DNA of 64,000 bases, taken from the NCBI GenBank assembly GCA_965223155.1, contig CBDCVR010000013.1, positions 32,001 through 96,000 on the forward strand, given 5' to 3'. A program made the translations under genes and the position numbers. The stretch comes from Candidatus Multivoradales bacterium (GTDB taxonomy: Bacteria > Acidobacteriota > Thermoanaerobaculia > Multivoradales > JAHEKO01). Below the pieces are notes generated by a model. The model did not search any database and had not been told where the DNA came from. It was given only the letters and a program-made list of their open reading frames with translations. Shown here piece after piece: positions 15,392-23,737 of the stretch. Numbering within the stretch: position 1 is the stretch's first letter; every line of letters begins with the position of its first letter.

Positions 15392-17304
15392 GCAAACGCT
15401 TCGGAATCGTCCTGGTGGCCATGGCCGTCGCCGGCTTGTCGGTCTTCGCCTCGTGCGCGGGCCGCTGGCAGGGGCAGCCGGTGATCGTCCTGGGCTTCGA
15501 CGGCATGGACTATTCGCTTACCCGGCGTTACATGGACGAGGGACGGATGCCCAACTTCTCGCGCCTCGAGAAGGAAGGCCGGTTCTCGTCGCTGGGCACC
15601 GCGATTCCGCCCCAGAGCCCGGTGGCCTGGTCGAACTTCATCAGCGGCTCCGACTCGGCGGTTCACGGGCTCTATGACTTTCTGCACCGCGAGCCCGAGA
15701 CCGCCATGCCGTACCTGTCAATGAGCAAGGACGAAGAGCCCAAGAAGCTCAAGCTCGGCAAGTTCGAGATTCCGCTCTGGGGCGGCGGCCTCAAGCTGCT
15801 GCGTCACGGTCCCGAGTTCTGGGAAACCCTCGAGTCGCGCGGCGTCCAGACCCACATCTACCGGATGCCGGCCAACTACCCGCCCTCGGGCACCGCCACC
15901 CGGGAGCTCTCGGGCATGGGGACGCCCGACATCCTGGGCTCGCCCGGGACCTTCTCCTTCTACACCTCGGACATTTTCGTCAACGAGCGCAACGTGGACG
16001 GCGGCCAGATCAAGGCGCTCGATCTCTGGAACGGCGAGGCCGAGGGCAAGCTGGCCGGTCCGGAAGGGCTGGAGGCCAGCTTCAAGGCGTATCTGGATCC
16101 CGACGAGCCCTGGGTGCGCCTGGTCGTGGGCGAGGTCGAGGCCATCGTCGGCGTCGGCGAATGGAGCGACTGGCTGCCGATCGACTTCGAGATGGGGCCG
16201 ATGTCGGCGTTGCGCGGCATGGCCCGCTTCCAGGTGCGCCAGACCACCCCGGAGCTCGAGATCTATGTGACTCCCATCAACATCGACCCGGCCAAGCCGG
16301 CCAAGCCGATCTCGACCCCGGAGAACTACGCCGCTCGCCTGGCGAAAGAGACCGGCCGCTTCTATACCCAGGGCATGCCCGAGGACACCAAGGCCCTGTC
16401 GGCCGAGATCTTTGACTACGCGGCCTTCCTGGATCAGGCCGAGGTCACCGGCCGGGAGATTCGCGAGCAGTACCGCTGGGTGCTCGACCGCTTCGACGGG
16501 GATTTCCTCTTCTACTACTTCGGCAACCTGGATCAGATCTCGCACATGATGATGCGGACGATCGATCCCGAGCATCCCGCCTACAACCCCGAGGTGGACG
16601 GCCCCTACGCCGGCACCATCCCGGGGATCTACGCCGAGTTCGACGAGATCGTCGGCGAGACCCTGGCCGGAATGCCGGAGAACACCAAGCTGGTGGTCAT
16701 GTCCGACCACGGATTCGCCAGCTGGCGCCGCCAGTTCCACCTCAACCGGTGGCTGGTGGAGAAAGGCTATCTGGTCCTGAAGACCACCGGCAAGGCCAAG
16801 CCGAATCTGATCGAGGACACCGACTGGAGCCGCACCCGCGCCTACGGACTGGGACTGAACGGTCTCTACGTCAACCTCGCCGGCCGCGAGGCCAACGGCA
16901 TCGTCCAGCCTGGCGAGTACGACGCTCTGCTGGACGAGATCTCGCGCGAGCTCCTGGCGACGATCGATCCGGCGACCGGCGCCCAGGCCGTGACCAAGGC
17001 CTACAAGCGCGATCAGACCTACGGCGAAGGCGACTACCTGTACCTGGGTCCGGACCTTCAGGTGGGCTACGCCAAGGGCGTGCGCTGCTCGGGCGACTCT
17101 GCCCTGGGCGACGTCAACGAGACGGTGCTCGAGGACAACACCGGCGCCTGGAGCGGCGACCACTGCATGGACCATGACTCCGTTCCGGGGATTCTCCTGA
17201 CCAACTTCGAACCGGCCGTCCAGGCCGCGAACCTGAGCCAACTGACCGACGCGATTCTGGCCGAATTCGGTGCTGGCTCGGATGCCTCTGCTGGCTCCCA
17301 ATAA
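15388..17304 (+). CDS. AlkP-superfamily phosphodiesterase, paralogue, probable lipoprotein
   Basis: GFDGMD, PPQSPVAWSNF, DQISH, SDHG, SGDH; hydrophobic leader ending FASC; ATGA overlap with upstream gene. Confidence 0.85.
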   Translation: MSKRFGIVLVAMAVAGLSVFASCAGRWQGQPVIVLGFDGMDYSLTRRYMDEGRMPNFSRLEKEGRFSSLGTAIPPQSPVAWSNFISGSDSAVHGLYDFLHREPETAMPYLSMSKDEEPKKLKLGKFEIPLWGGGLKLLRHGPEFWETLESRGVQTHIYRMPANYPPSGTATRELSGMGTPDILGSPGTFSFYTSDIFVNERNVDGGQIKALDLWNGEAEGKLAGPEGLEASFKAYLDPDEPWVRLVVGEVEAIVGVGEWSDWLPIDFEMGPMSALRGMARFQVRQTTPELEIYVTPINIDPAKPAKPISTPENYAARLAKETGRFYTQGMPEDTKALSAEIFDYAAFLDQAEVTGREIREQYRWVLDRFDGDFLFYYFGNLDQISHMMMRTIDPEHPAYNPEVDGPYAGTIPGIYAEFDEIVGETLAGMPENTKLVVMSDHGFASWRRQFHLNRWLVEKGYLVLKTTGKAKPNLIEDTDWSRTRAYGLGLNGLYVNLAGREANGIVQPGEYDALLDEISRELLATIDPATGAQAVTKAYKRDQTYGEGDYLYLGPDLQVGYAKGVRCSGDSALGDVNETVLEDNTGAWSGDHCMDHDSVPGILLTNFEPAVQAANLSQLTDAILAEFGAGSDASAGSQ

Positions 17305-17342
17305 CCAGGCCCGCCTCGGCAGGCTTCCAAGAGGAATCAACC

Positions 17343-17537
17343 ATGGGTGGAACCACCAAAGTCAAACTAGAAAAAGAGCTGGTCGCCAAGATCAAGCGCT
17401 ACGCCGACATCGCGGGCTACTCGTCACCCGAGGAGTTCATCACCCACGCGCTCGAAAAGGAGCTCTCGAAGCTCGCCGACGCCGGCTCCGAGGAAGAGAT
17501 CCGCAAGCGCCTCCAAGGGCTGGGCTACATCTCCTAG
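17343..17537 (+). CDS. Small ribbon-helix-helix-like protein with C-terminal RLxxLGY motif
   Basis: GAGGA RBS; beta-strand KVKL followed by two helices (GYSSPEEFITHAL); ends EEEIRKRLQGLGYIS. Confidence 0.7.
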   Translation: MGGTTKVKLEKELVAKIKRYADIAGYSSPEEFITHALEKELSKLADAGSEEEIRKRLQGLGYIS

Positions 17538-17603
17538 AGCCGAGACCGGGATTCCGGGCGAGACCGCCCGGCACGGCCTGGAACCGAACCTGAAGACGAT
17601 CTG

Positions 17604-18452
17604 ATGACCGCTCTCAACCGTGCCCTGCGCTGGGCCTTCGATCTGCTGCACCGCCCCTTCGAGGGCATGTCCGCCTGGGTGGGGCTGACCGTGGTGTCGC
17701 TCCTTTCGGCGGTCGTCGCGCTCCTGGTCTTCAAGCGGGTCTCGAACCAGGACGGCATCGACCGCATCAAGCGCAAGATGCAGGCCTCGCTCTTCGAGAT
17801 CCGGCTCTTCAACAACGACCTGCGGGCGATCTTCAAGGCCCAGTGGGCGTTTCTCATCGCCAACTTCAAGTACCTGGGGCTGATGCTGGTGCCGCTTCTG
17901 TGGCTCCTGATTCCGTTCGTCCTGGCCTACGTGCATCTCGACGGTCGGTATCGGTATGAGGGCCCGGAGGTGGGCCAGGACTTCGTCTTGAACGTGCGCC
18001 TGGCCGGCGAGGACGAAACCGGCGCCGGCGACAAGCCGGCTATTGATCTCGAGACCCCGAGCGGGGTCGAGGCGACCTCGCCCTCGGTCTGGAGCGCTCT
18101 CGACCGAACCATGTCCTGGCGCCTCCGCGCCGACGAGCCCGGCCTCCACCGGCTGACCGTGCGCCACGCCGGCCACGAGCTGGTCAAGGAAGTGGCCCCC
18201 GGCCCCAAGGCGCTGGCTCGATCGCCAGACCGTCCCGCTGCGGGCTTCTTGGCCCAGATCGACCGGCCGCTCGAACCGCCCCTGCCGGCCGACTCCGGCG
18301 TCGAAGAGATCACCGTCCGCTACGAGGAGCGCTCCTGGGGCGAGCTCTCCCTGGCCGCCCTCCAGATCCCGCTTGCCTGGTGGTTCTGGTGGCTCGTCCT
18401 CATGGTCGTCCTGGGCTACGCCTTGAGCCGGCCGCTCGGCGTCAAGATTTAG
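17604..18452 (+). CDS. EMC3/TMCO1 (DUF106)-like membrane protein with inserted soluble domain
   Basis: TM1, amphipathic coiled-coil (NQDGIDRIKRKMQASL), TM2 (PLLWLLIPF), beta-rich insert, Trp-rich last TM ending SRPLGVKI. Confidence 0.55.
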   Translation: MTALNRALRWAFDLLHRPFEGMSAWVGLTVVSLLSAVVALLVFKRVSNQDGIDRIKRKMQASLFEIRLFNNDLRAIFKAQWAFLIANFKYLGLMLVPLLWLLIPFVLAYVHLDGRYRYEGPEVGQDFVLNVRLAGEDETGAGDKPAIDLETPSGVEATSPSVWSALDRTMSWRLRADEPGLHRLTVRHAGHELVKEVAPGPKALARSPDRPAAGFLAQIDRPLEPPLPADSGVEEITVRYEERSWGELSLAALQIPLAWWFWWLVLMVVLGYALSRPLGVKI

Positions 18453-18504
18453 GATCGGGGCGCAGGCCGGCCGATCGGCAGGCTTCGGGCCTCGAAGAAC
18501 CTGC

Positions 18505-18966
18505 CTACAGATCCAGCCGAAAGCAGCGGATCAGGCCCACGTCTTCAAAGCCCAGGGCGCGGTGGGCGGCGGCGCTGAGGGTGTTGTCTGCTGCGGTGTC
18601 GGAGGCGAATTCGGTGAGGCCCTGGCCGCGCGCCCAGTCGAGGGCGGCGTCGACGAGGGCCCGGCCGACGCCTTGACGGCGGGCGTCGGGAAGGACGTAC
18701 CAGCCTTCGAGGTAGCCGACGCGCTCGCTGGAGCAGCCTTCGGCGTAGGGATGGATGGAGAGCTCGCAGAAGCCGATCGGTGTGCTGGCCGGATCGACTG
18801 CGACCAGGACGGTTAGCGATTCTCGGGCCTTGCCCGCGAAATAGGCGTCGAGCTCGGCGCGGTGTTCGGCTTCGGGTCCGTCCGGCCATAGGTCGCGCCG
18901 GAAGGCGACCAGGGCCTCGCGGTCGCCGGTGTGAGCAGGCCGCACGGTCGCCCGAATTCGGTTCAT
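18505..18966 (-). CDS. GNAT acetyltransferase, aminoglycoside 6'-N-acetyltransferase type I-like
   Basis: YAEGC..RVGYLEGWYV, RRQGVGRAL and EFASD..N..S..AH.ALGF match the AAC(6')-I pattern. Confidence 0.75.
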   Translation of the reverse strand: MNRIRATVRPAHTGDREALVAFRRDLWPDGPEAEHRAELDAYFAGKARESLTVLVAVDPASTPIGFCELSIHPYAEGCSSERVGYLEGWYVLPDARRQGVGRALVDAALDWARGQGLTEFASDTAADNTLSAAAHRALGFEDVGLIRCFRLDL

Positions 18967-19105
18967 CGTGGTCCATTGTCGGGGAGGTCGTGCCGTCGTT
19001 CAAGTCGAGGGATGAGTAGACTCGGGCGGAACCGTGTGAACTCGGGTTCCCGGGCTCGTCGGAGAACCTGGGAAGCCTCGAGAGGCAACGAGAAAGGACG
19101 ACTTC

Positions 19106-19663
19106 ATGAGACAAGACTTCGCTCGAAACAAGGTGATCGCGCTGCCGGCGCTACTGGCTCTGCCGGCTGTGCTCGCTCTCATTGCTTCGCCGGCTCCGGC
19201 AACCGCGCAGGAGCCGGAGGCGGCGGCCCTGGGGCCGACCCAGCTGGCCGAGAGGTTCTTCGAGCAGGTCGCGGCCGGGGAACACGCGCGGGCGATTGAT
19301 GAGCTCTATTCGTCAAACCAGTGGGTATCTTCGATCTCCGATCAGGTCGGAAAGCTGCGGGCGCAGTTCGTCGGATTGAACGACTTGGTTGGTGGCTACC
19401 TGGGGAGTGAGGCCGTAGGCGACAGCGCCATCTCGTCGCGCTTTGTGTATCTCTGGTACATCGGCTACTTTGAGCGTCAGCCTCTTCAGTTTCATTTCAG
19501 CTTCTATCGGGCCAAGGATCAGTGGCGCGTCTATTCGTTTTCGTACGACGAGGGCATGGATGCCGTTGTGAAGGAGCTCGCCAAGATGGAGTTGGCCTAC
19601 GGGGTGTCGATGTCGCCGCCGGGGGCGGCTCGCGAGGCCGCGCTCGGCGTCCAGTCTCCCTAG
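19106..19663 (+). CDS. Secreted hypothetical protein
   Basis: AAGGA RBS, signal peptide ending ATA-Q, plausible globular domain. Confidence 0.65.
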   Translation: MRQDFARNKVIALPALLALPAVLALIASPAPATAQEPEAAALGPTQLAERFFEQVAAGEHARAIDELYSSNQWVSSISDQVGKLRAQFVGLNDLVGGYLGSEAVGDSAISSRFVYLWYIGYFERQPLQFHFSFYRAKDQWRVYSFSYDEGMDAVVKELAKMELAYGVSMSPPGAAREAALGVQSP

Positions 19664-19742
19664 GCTCGAGGCCCGGCGTCGAGCCGGGTCGTCGCGCGTC
19701 GCCGCCCCGCCCTCCTATGTAGCGAGGGCTCCCGTTGGCCCG

Positions 19743-19751
19743 TGCTACGCT
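19743..19751 (+). promoter_or_regulatory. Putative extended -10 box TGCTACGCT
   Basis: Intergenic, about 50 nt upstream of ATG 19800; lies in a 14-bp string identical to 1070-1083. Confidence 0.45.
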
Positions 19752-19799
19752 GCCGTGGTTCGAGCCGATTGTTTTGGGCTGCTGGCCCGGGAGGTGCCG

Positions 19800-20579
19800 A
19801 TGTTTTCTTCGATCCTGACGCGTCTGCGCGTTCCACTGGCTCTGTTGCTGGCAGTTGCCACGCTCGGAACGGCGGTGCCGGCCACGGCATCTGAGCCGGC
19901 CGGCGAGCCGCCCGGAGCGGCTACGCCCGAGGCCCTGATTGACCGCATGATGGCCGCCGCCGAAGCCGGCGACATGGCTGAGATGGCCGCCTGCATGGTT
20001 CCCGAGGAGCGGGCCGAGATGACCGCGATGATGGTGGCGATGGCGGGCATGATGGTCGCCTTCATGGACATGGGCGGCGCGATGGCGGCCGAGCTGGGTG
20101 AGGGACTGGCCGAGGCTTTCGGGGAGGGTGACATGACGGCGGAGGAGCAAGCGGAGCAGGATGCCGAGCGCGAGGCGGCTGAGGCCGAGGCCGCCAAGGA
20201 GGTCGCCGCGGTGACTCAGCAGTATCAGGAGATCCTGAGCCGGCATGGCTTGGAGGACCTGATGGCGGCCGAGGAGGCCGGTGACGACGTGGATCTGGAC
20301 GCTCTTCTGGGAGACGTCGATCAGGTGGCCCTGTTGCGCGATCTGATGGGCTTTCTCGAGGAGATCGGCGATGAAGAAGAGGGCGCCACGGCAGGCGGAG
20401 CGGAGATGCCGGATGAGATCACGGATCTCCAGGTGGACGGCTCGCAGGCCACGGCCAAGGCCGGCGACGAGACGCTCGAGCTCGTGGAAATCGACGGCCG
20501 CTGGTACTTCAAGTCCCCGCAGCCGGAGCCGTCCGAAGAGGACGAGATCGAGGACGAAGTCGAGGACGAGATCGAGTAG
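19800..20579 (+). CDS. Secreted acidic, Met-rich hypothetical protein
   Basis: GGAGG RBS, signal peptide, C-terminal ELVEIDGRWY motif and acidic tail. Confidence 0.7.
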   Translation: MFSSILTRLRVPLALLLAVATLGTAVPATASEPAGEPPGAATPEALIDRMMAAAEAGDMAEMAACMVPEERAEMTAMMVAMAGMMVAFMDMGGAMAAELGEGLAEAFGEGDMTAEEQAEQDAEREAAEAEAAKEVAAVTQQYQEILSRHGLEDLMAAEEAGDDVDLDALLGDVDQVALLRDLMGFLEEIGDEEEGATAGGAEMPDEITDLQVDGSQATAKAGDETLELVEIDGRWYFKSPQPEPSEEDEIEDEVEDEIE

Positions 20580-20621
20580 CTTGGCCGGATCGCCGGCCCG
20601 GGCTGCGCCGGTCGTCGCTCG

Positions 20622-21092
20622 TCAGCGCTTGCGCCGGACGTAGACGACTTTTTCGACGCGGGCGACGGTGTTGCCGTCGCCGTCGAGGACCTCGGCGTGA
20701 AAGATCGGCTCGGTCTTGCCGCTTGCGTCCGCGGCCGCTCGGATCTCTTGGGCGCGATCGCGCGAGATCTCGAAGCGGGCGCGCACCGTGCCCCGGCCCG
20801 GAGCCACGAATTCGATGCGGGCCGCCTTGTCCCAGACGATGTAGTCGCGCCCCAGCATCTGGGTCAGGATCAAGGTGAAGAAGGGGTCGCACATCGAGTA
20901 GAGCGACCCGCCGAAGTGGGTGCCGAAGAAGTTGTTGTTGTAGAAGCCGTGGCGCATCTCGACCTCGAAAAGGCCGTTGGCTGGATCGGCCCGGGGTACC
21001 CGAATGCCGGCGCCGAGAAAGGGCGGGTAAAAGCTCAGGTGGTGAAGCCACCAGCGCTGGAACCTGCGGTTCAGTTTCTTGAAGAGGCTCAT
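20622..21092 (-). CDS. Hot-dog fold thioesterase-like protein (DUF4442/YiiD C-terminal type)
   Basis: YPPFLGAGI, GTHFGGSLYSMCDPF, VWDKAA motifs. Confidence 0.8.
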   Translation of the reverse strand: MSLFKKLNRRFQRWWLHHLSFYPPFLGAGIRVPRADPANGLFEVEMRHGFYNNNFFGTHFGGSLYSMCDPFFTLILTQMLGRDYIVWDKAARIEFVAPGRGTVRARFEISRDRAQEIRAAADASGKTEPIFHAEVLDGDGNTVARVEKVVYVRRKR

Positions 21093-21173
21093 GCCTGAGG
21101 ATACGGGTGCGACTCGAGTCCGGCCGGGGCTCGGTTCGTCCCGGAGTGCAAACGCGAGCTCCGGCCTTGGCTG

Positions 21174-22112
21174 CTACCGGGTCCGGCGGAACCAGACCGA
21201 GCCGAAGTGGGTGTCGTAGTCCTTCGGGATGGTAGCGCGGTAGCCGGGCAGGGTCCGGGCCAGGAAGTCCGGGTCGAAGTGTCTGAGCATCGGTGCCGAG
21301 TAGGTGATCTTGAAGCGGTCGTTGTAGGCGAGAAACGCCTGGAGGATCATCGACTCGGTCCAGACTTGAGGCCACTTGGTGCCGAAGACGTACTGCTCGG
21401 CCGGATGCGGCACGTTGTACGGGAAGTGGATGTCGTGGGCGTGAATGGTGACGCCCGGGTTCAAACGCGGCACGATCTCGAGATAGAGGTAGGCGACGTC
21501 GCCGCCGACCTTGAGGACGTGGGTCGTGTCGATGAAGAAAACGTCTCCGTCCTGGAGCTCGTCGAAGTACGAAAGTGGCACGTCTTGGACGAAGCTCACG
21601 GTCAGATCGATGCCGTCCAGGGTCTTGAGTTTGTCGCGCGGGTACGGATCGACGACCTTGAAGGACGATTCGCGCCCCTCCTCGCGATTCTTGTTGATCG
21701 CCATCCAGGCGTAGTAGGTCGAGAAGCCCGAGCCGATCTCGATGTAGCGCTTCGGCTTGAGGTGCCGGAGCATCATGTAGAGCGTCTGGGCGTCGATCTC
21801 GGTGAAGCCCGGTCCCATGCCCAGCTTCTTGTTCTCCTGGTAGGGCGTCAGGGCCTGGTACTCGTCGCCGAAGGCCTCCACCATCTCTCCCGCCAGCGCC
21901 TTCATCGAGTCGAGGTCGTAGTCGACGCCGACCATCTCGGAAGGCACGTCCCACTGTTCTCGGGTTCGTTCGAGCTCAGAGAGGACCGGGATCGGGGAGT
22001 AGAAATCGCGCGATGGGTAGACCTCCCAGCCTAGGGCCGAGACGGTCTTGCGCATCCAGTAGTGGAGCTTTCGATAGATCGCGCGGAGGGTGGAGTAGAC
22101 GGGGTTCGCCAT
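21174..22112 (-). CDS. Class I SAM-dependent methyltransferase (Methyltransf_24-like)
   Basis: IEIGSGFST, FFIDTTH, HAHDI motifs. Confidence 0.8.
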   Translation of the reverse strand: MANPVYSTLRAIYRKLHYWMRKTVSALGWEVYPSRDFYSPIPVLSELERTREQWDVPSEMVGVDYDLDSMKALAGEMVEAFGDEYQALTPYQENKKLGMGPGFTEIDAQTLYMMLRHLKPKRYIEIGSGFSTYYAWMAINKNREEGRESSFKVVDPYPRDKLKTLDGIDLTVSFVQDVPLSYFDELQDGDVFFIDTTHVLKVGGDVAYLYLEIVPRLNPGVTIHAHDIHFPYNVPHPAEQYVFGTKWPQVWTESMILQAFLAYNDRFKITYSAPMLRHFDPDFLARTLPGYRATIPKDYDTHFGSVWFRRTR

Positions 22113-22418
22113 CAGATTAGATCGCTTTCGGGACGAGTTTCGGGGCTGGGGCCGGGGGGACCGAGCGCTCTGCTAGGCTTCGAACGGCCGCTCGAGCCTT
22201 CCGGAATCGTCGTTCATGTTGTCGGATTCGAGATTTGTTGCGTCCCGCCGGCCCGGCTTCGAGGTCGGGATCCGTAGCCCCGGACGGTGGCGCCGGGCGC
22301 CGGCCGCGGACGTTCGCGCGAGTCTAGCAGGCCGTGGTCGAAGTCGAGGCGGTGGGACGGCAGGTGGGCCATCGTTGGAATGCCGGCCAAAGCGCCCTCG
22401 GGAAGTTGGAGGCGAGTG

Positions 22419-23417
22419 GTGACGGCGGCTGGTTCGTCCGTGGGTAGCCCGGGCCGGGTGCTCTTGACCGGTGCCCGCGGCTTTCTGGGCCGGGCGGTCC
22501 TGGAGCGGCTGGTCGCGGGTGGTTGGCAGGTCGATGCCGTGACCTCAACTCCCGACGGTACCGACATCGGCGAGTCCGAGACCCCGTGCGGAGACGGGAC
22601 CCGGGTCTGCTGGCACCGGACGGATCTCCTCGAGCCGGGCGCCGGCCGGCGACTGATGGAGCAGAGCGGCGCCGAGGCGCTCATCCATCTGGCTTGGGCG
22701 CCCAACCGGGGCGTCTACGAGTCTCCGGCGAACCTAACGTGGATGCGGGCATCGATGGAACTGGTCGAAGCCTTTGCCGAGTCCGGAGGACGCCGGGCCG
22801 TCCTGGCCGGAAGCTCGGCGGAGTATGACTGGCGTCACGGGGTCTGCAGCGAGGGTCGGACGCCGCTCGCCGGAGGCGGCGTGTACGGTGCGACCAAGCG
22901 AGCGTTGGGCGAGTGGTTCGCCGCCGCCAGCCGCGTCCACGAGCTGTCCGGCGCCTGGGCGCGGACCTTCTTTCTCTTCGGCCCGCACGAGCCGGGCGGG
23001 AGGCTGGTGGCGTCGGTGGCTCGGTCGCTTCTGGCCGGGGACACCGCTCGCTGCTCCTCCGGCGTCCAGGTGCGCGACTACCTGTACGTCGGTGATGCCG
23101 CCGACGCTCTGGTGCGCCTCTTGGAATCGGAGCTCACCGGCCCGGTCAACGTCGGGTCGGGACGGCCGCGCAGGGTGCGCGACCTGGTTACCGCCCTGGC
23201 CGAGCGTTGCCAGGCCGCCGGTGGAACCGGCAGGGTAGAGTTGGGAGCGCTCGAAGCGGTCGCCGGCGAGGCGCCTCTCGTCCTGGCCGACGTCGGCAGA
23301 CTCCGAGACGAGCTCGGCTGGTCGCCGCCGGTGGGATTCTCCGCCGGCCTGGATCGAACCGTCACATGGTGGCAGAACCAACTCGCTACGAGCCGTACTA
23401 CGAAGTCGTCCGCTTGA
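22419..23417 (+). CDS. NAD-dependent epimerase/dehydratase (extended SDR)
   Basis: TGARGFLG, YGATK, RDYLYVGD; GGAGG before GTG (exact start uncertain). Confidence 0.85.
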   Translation: MTAAGSSVGSPGRVLLTGARGFLGRAVLERLVAGGWQVDAVTSTPDGTDIGESETPCGDGTRVCWHRTDLLEPGAGRRLMEQSGAEALIHLAWAPNRGVYESPANLTWMRASMELVEAFAESGGRRAVLAGSSAEYDWRHGVCSEGRTPLAGGGVYGATKRALGEWFAAASRVHELSGAWARTFFLFGPHEPGGRLVASVARSLLAGDTARCSSGVQVRDYLYVGDAADALVRLLESELTGPVNVGSGRPRRVRDLVTALAERCQAAGGTGRVELGALEAVAGEAPLVLADVGRLRDELGWSPPVGFSAGLDRTVTWWQNQLATSRTTKSSA

Positions 23418-23737
23418 TCCCGGAGGGCAGGGTCGCCACCTATGGGCAGGTGGCGTTTCTGGCCGGGCGGCCCGGACGAGCACGTCACGTGGGTCGAGCT
23501 CTGCGCAGCCTGCCGGAGGAGCACGACGTGCCCTGGCATCGGGTGCTGAACGCCCAGGGCCGGATCAGTCAGCGAGGCCTTGGCGACAGCGAGCACCTGC
23601 AACGGATCCTGCTCGAGGGGGAAGGCGTGCGTTTCAGCGATGCCGGCATCGTCAGCCTGAAGCGCTTCCGATGGGAGCCGCGGAGACAGCGATCCGCGGG
23701 CCGTTCGGCGGCCAGAAACGGGAGGGGCGAGCCTTGA
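23366..23737 (+). CDS. Alkyltransferase-like protein (ATL, MGMT family DNA base-flipper)
   Basis: IPEGRVATYGQVA and PWHRV, with Trp replacing the catalytic Cys of PCHRV. Confidence 0.85.
   Translation: MVAEPTRYEPYYEVVRLIPEGRVATYGQVAFLAGRPGRARHVGRALRSLPEEHDVPWHRVLNAQGRISQRGLGDSEHLQRILLEGEGVRFSDAGIVSLKRFRWEPRRQRSAGRSAARNGRGEP

Noticed and set aside
20538-20576. 12-bp tandem repeat GAGGACGA(G/A)(A/G)TC x3
   Set aside because: Encodes a low-complexity acidic tail (EDEI/EDEV); no spacers, not CRISPR.
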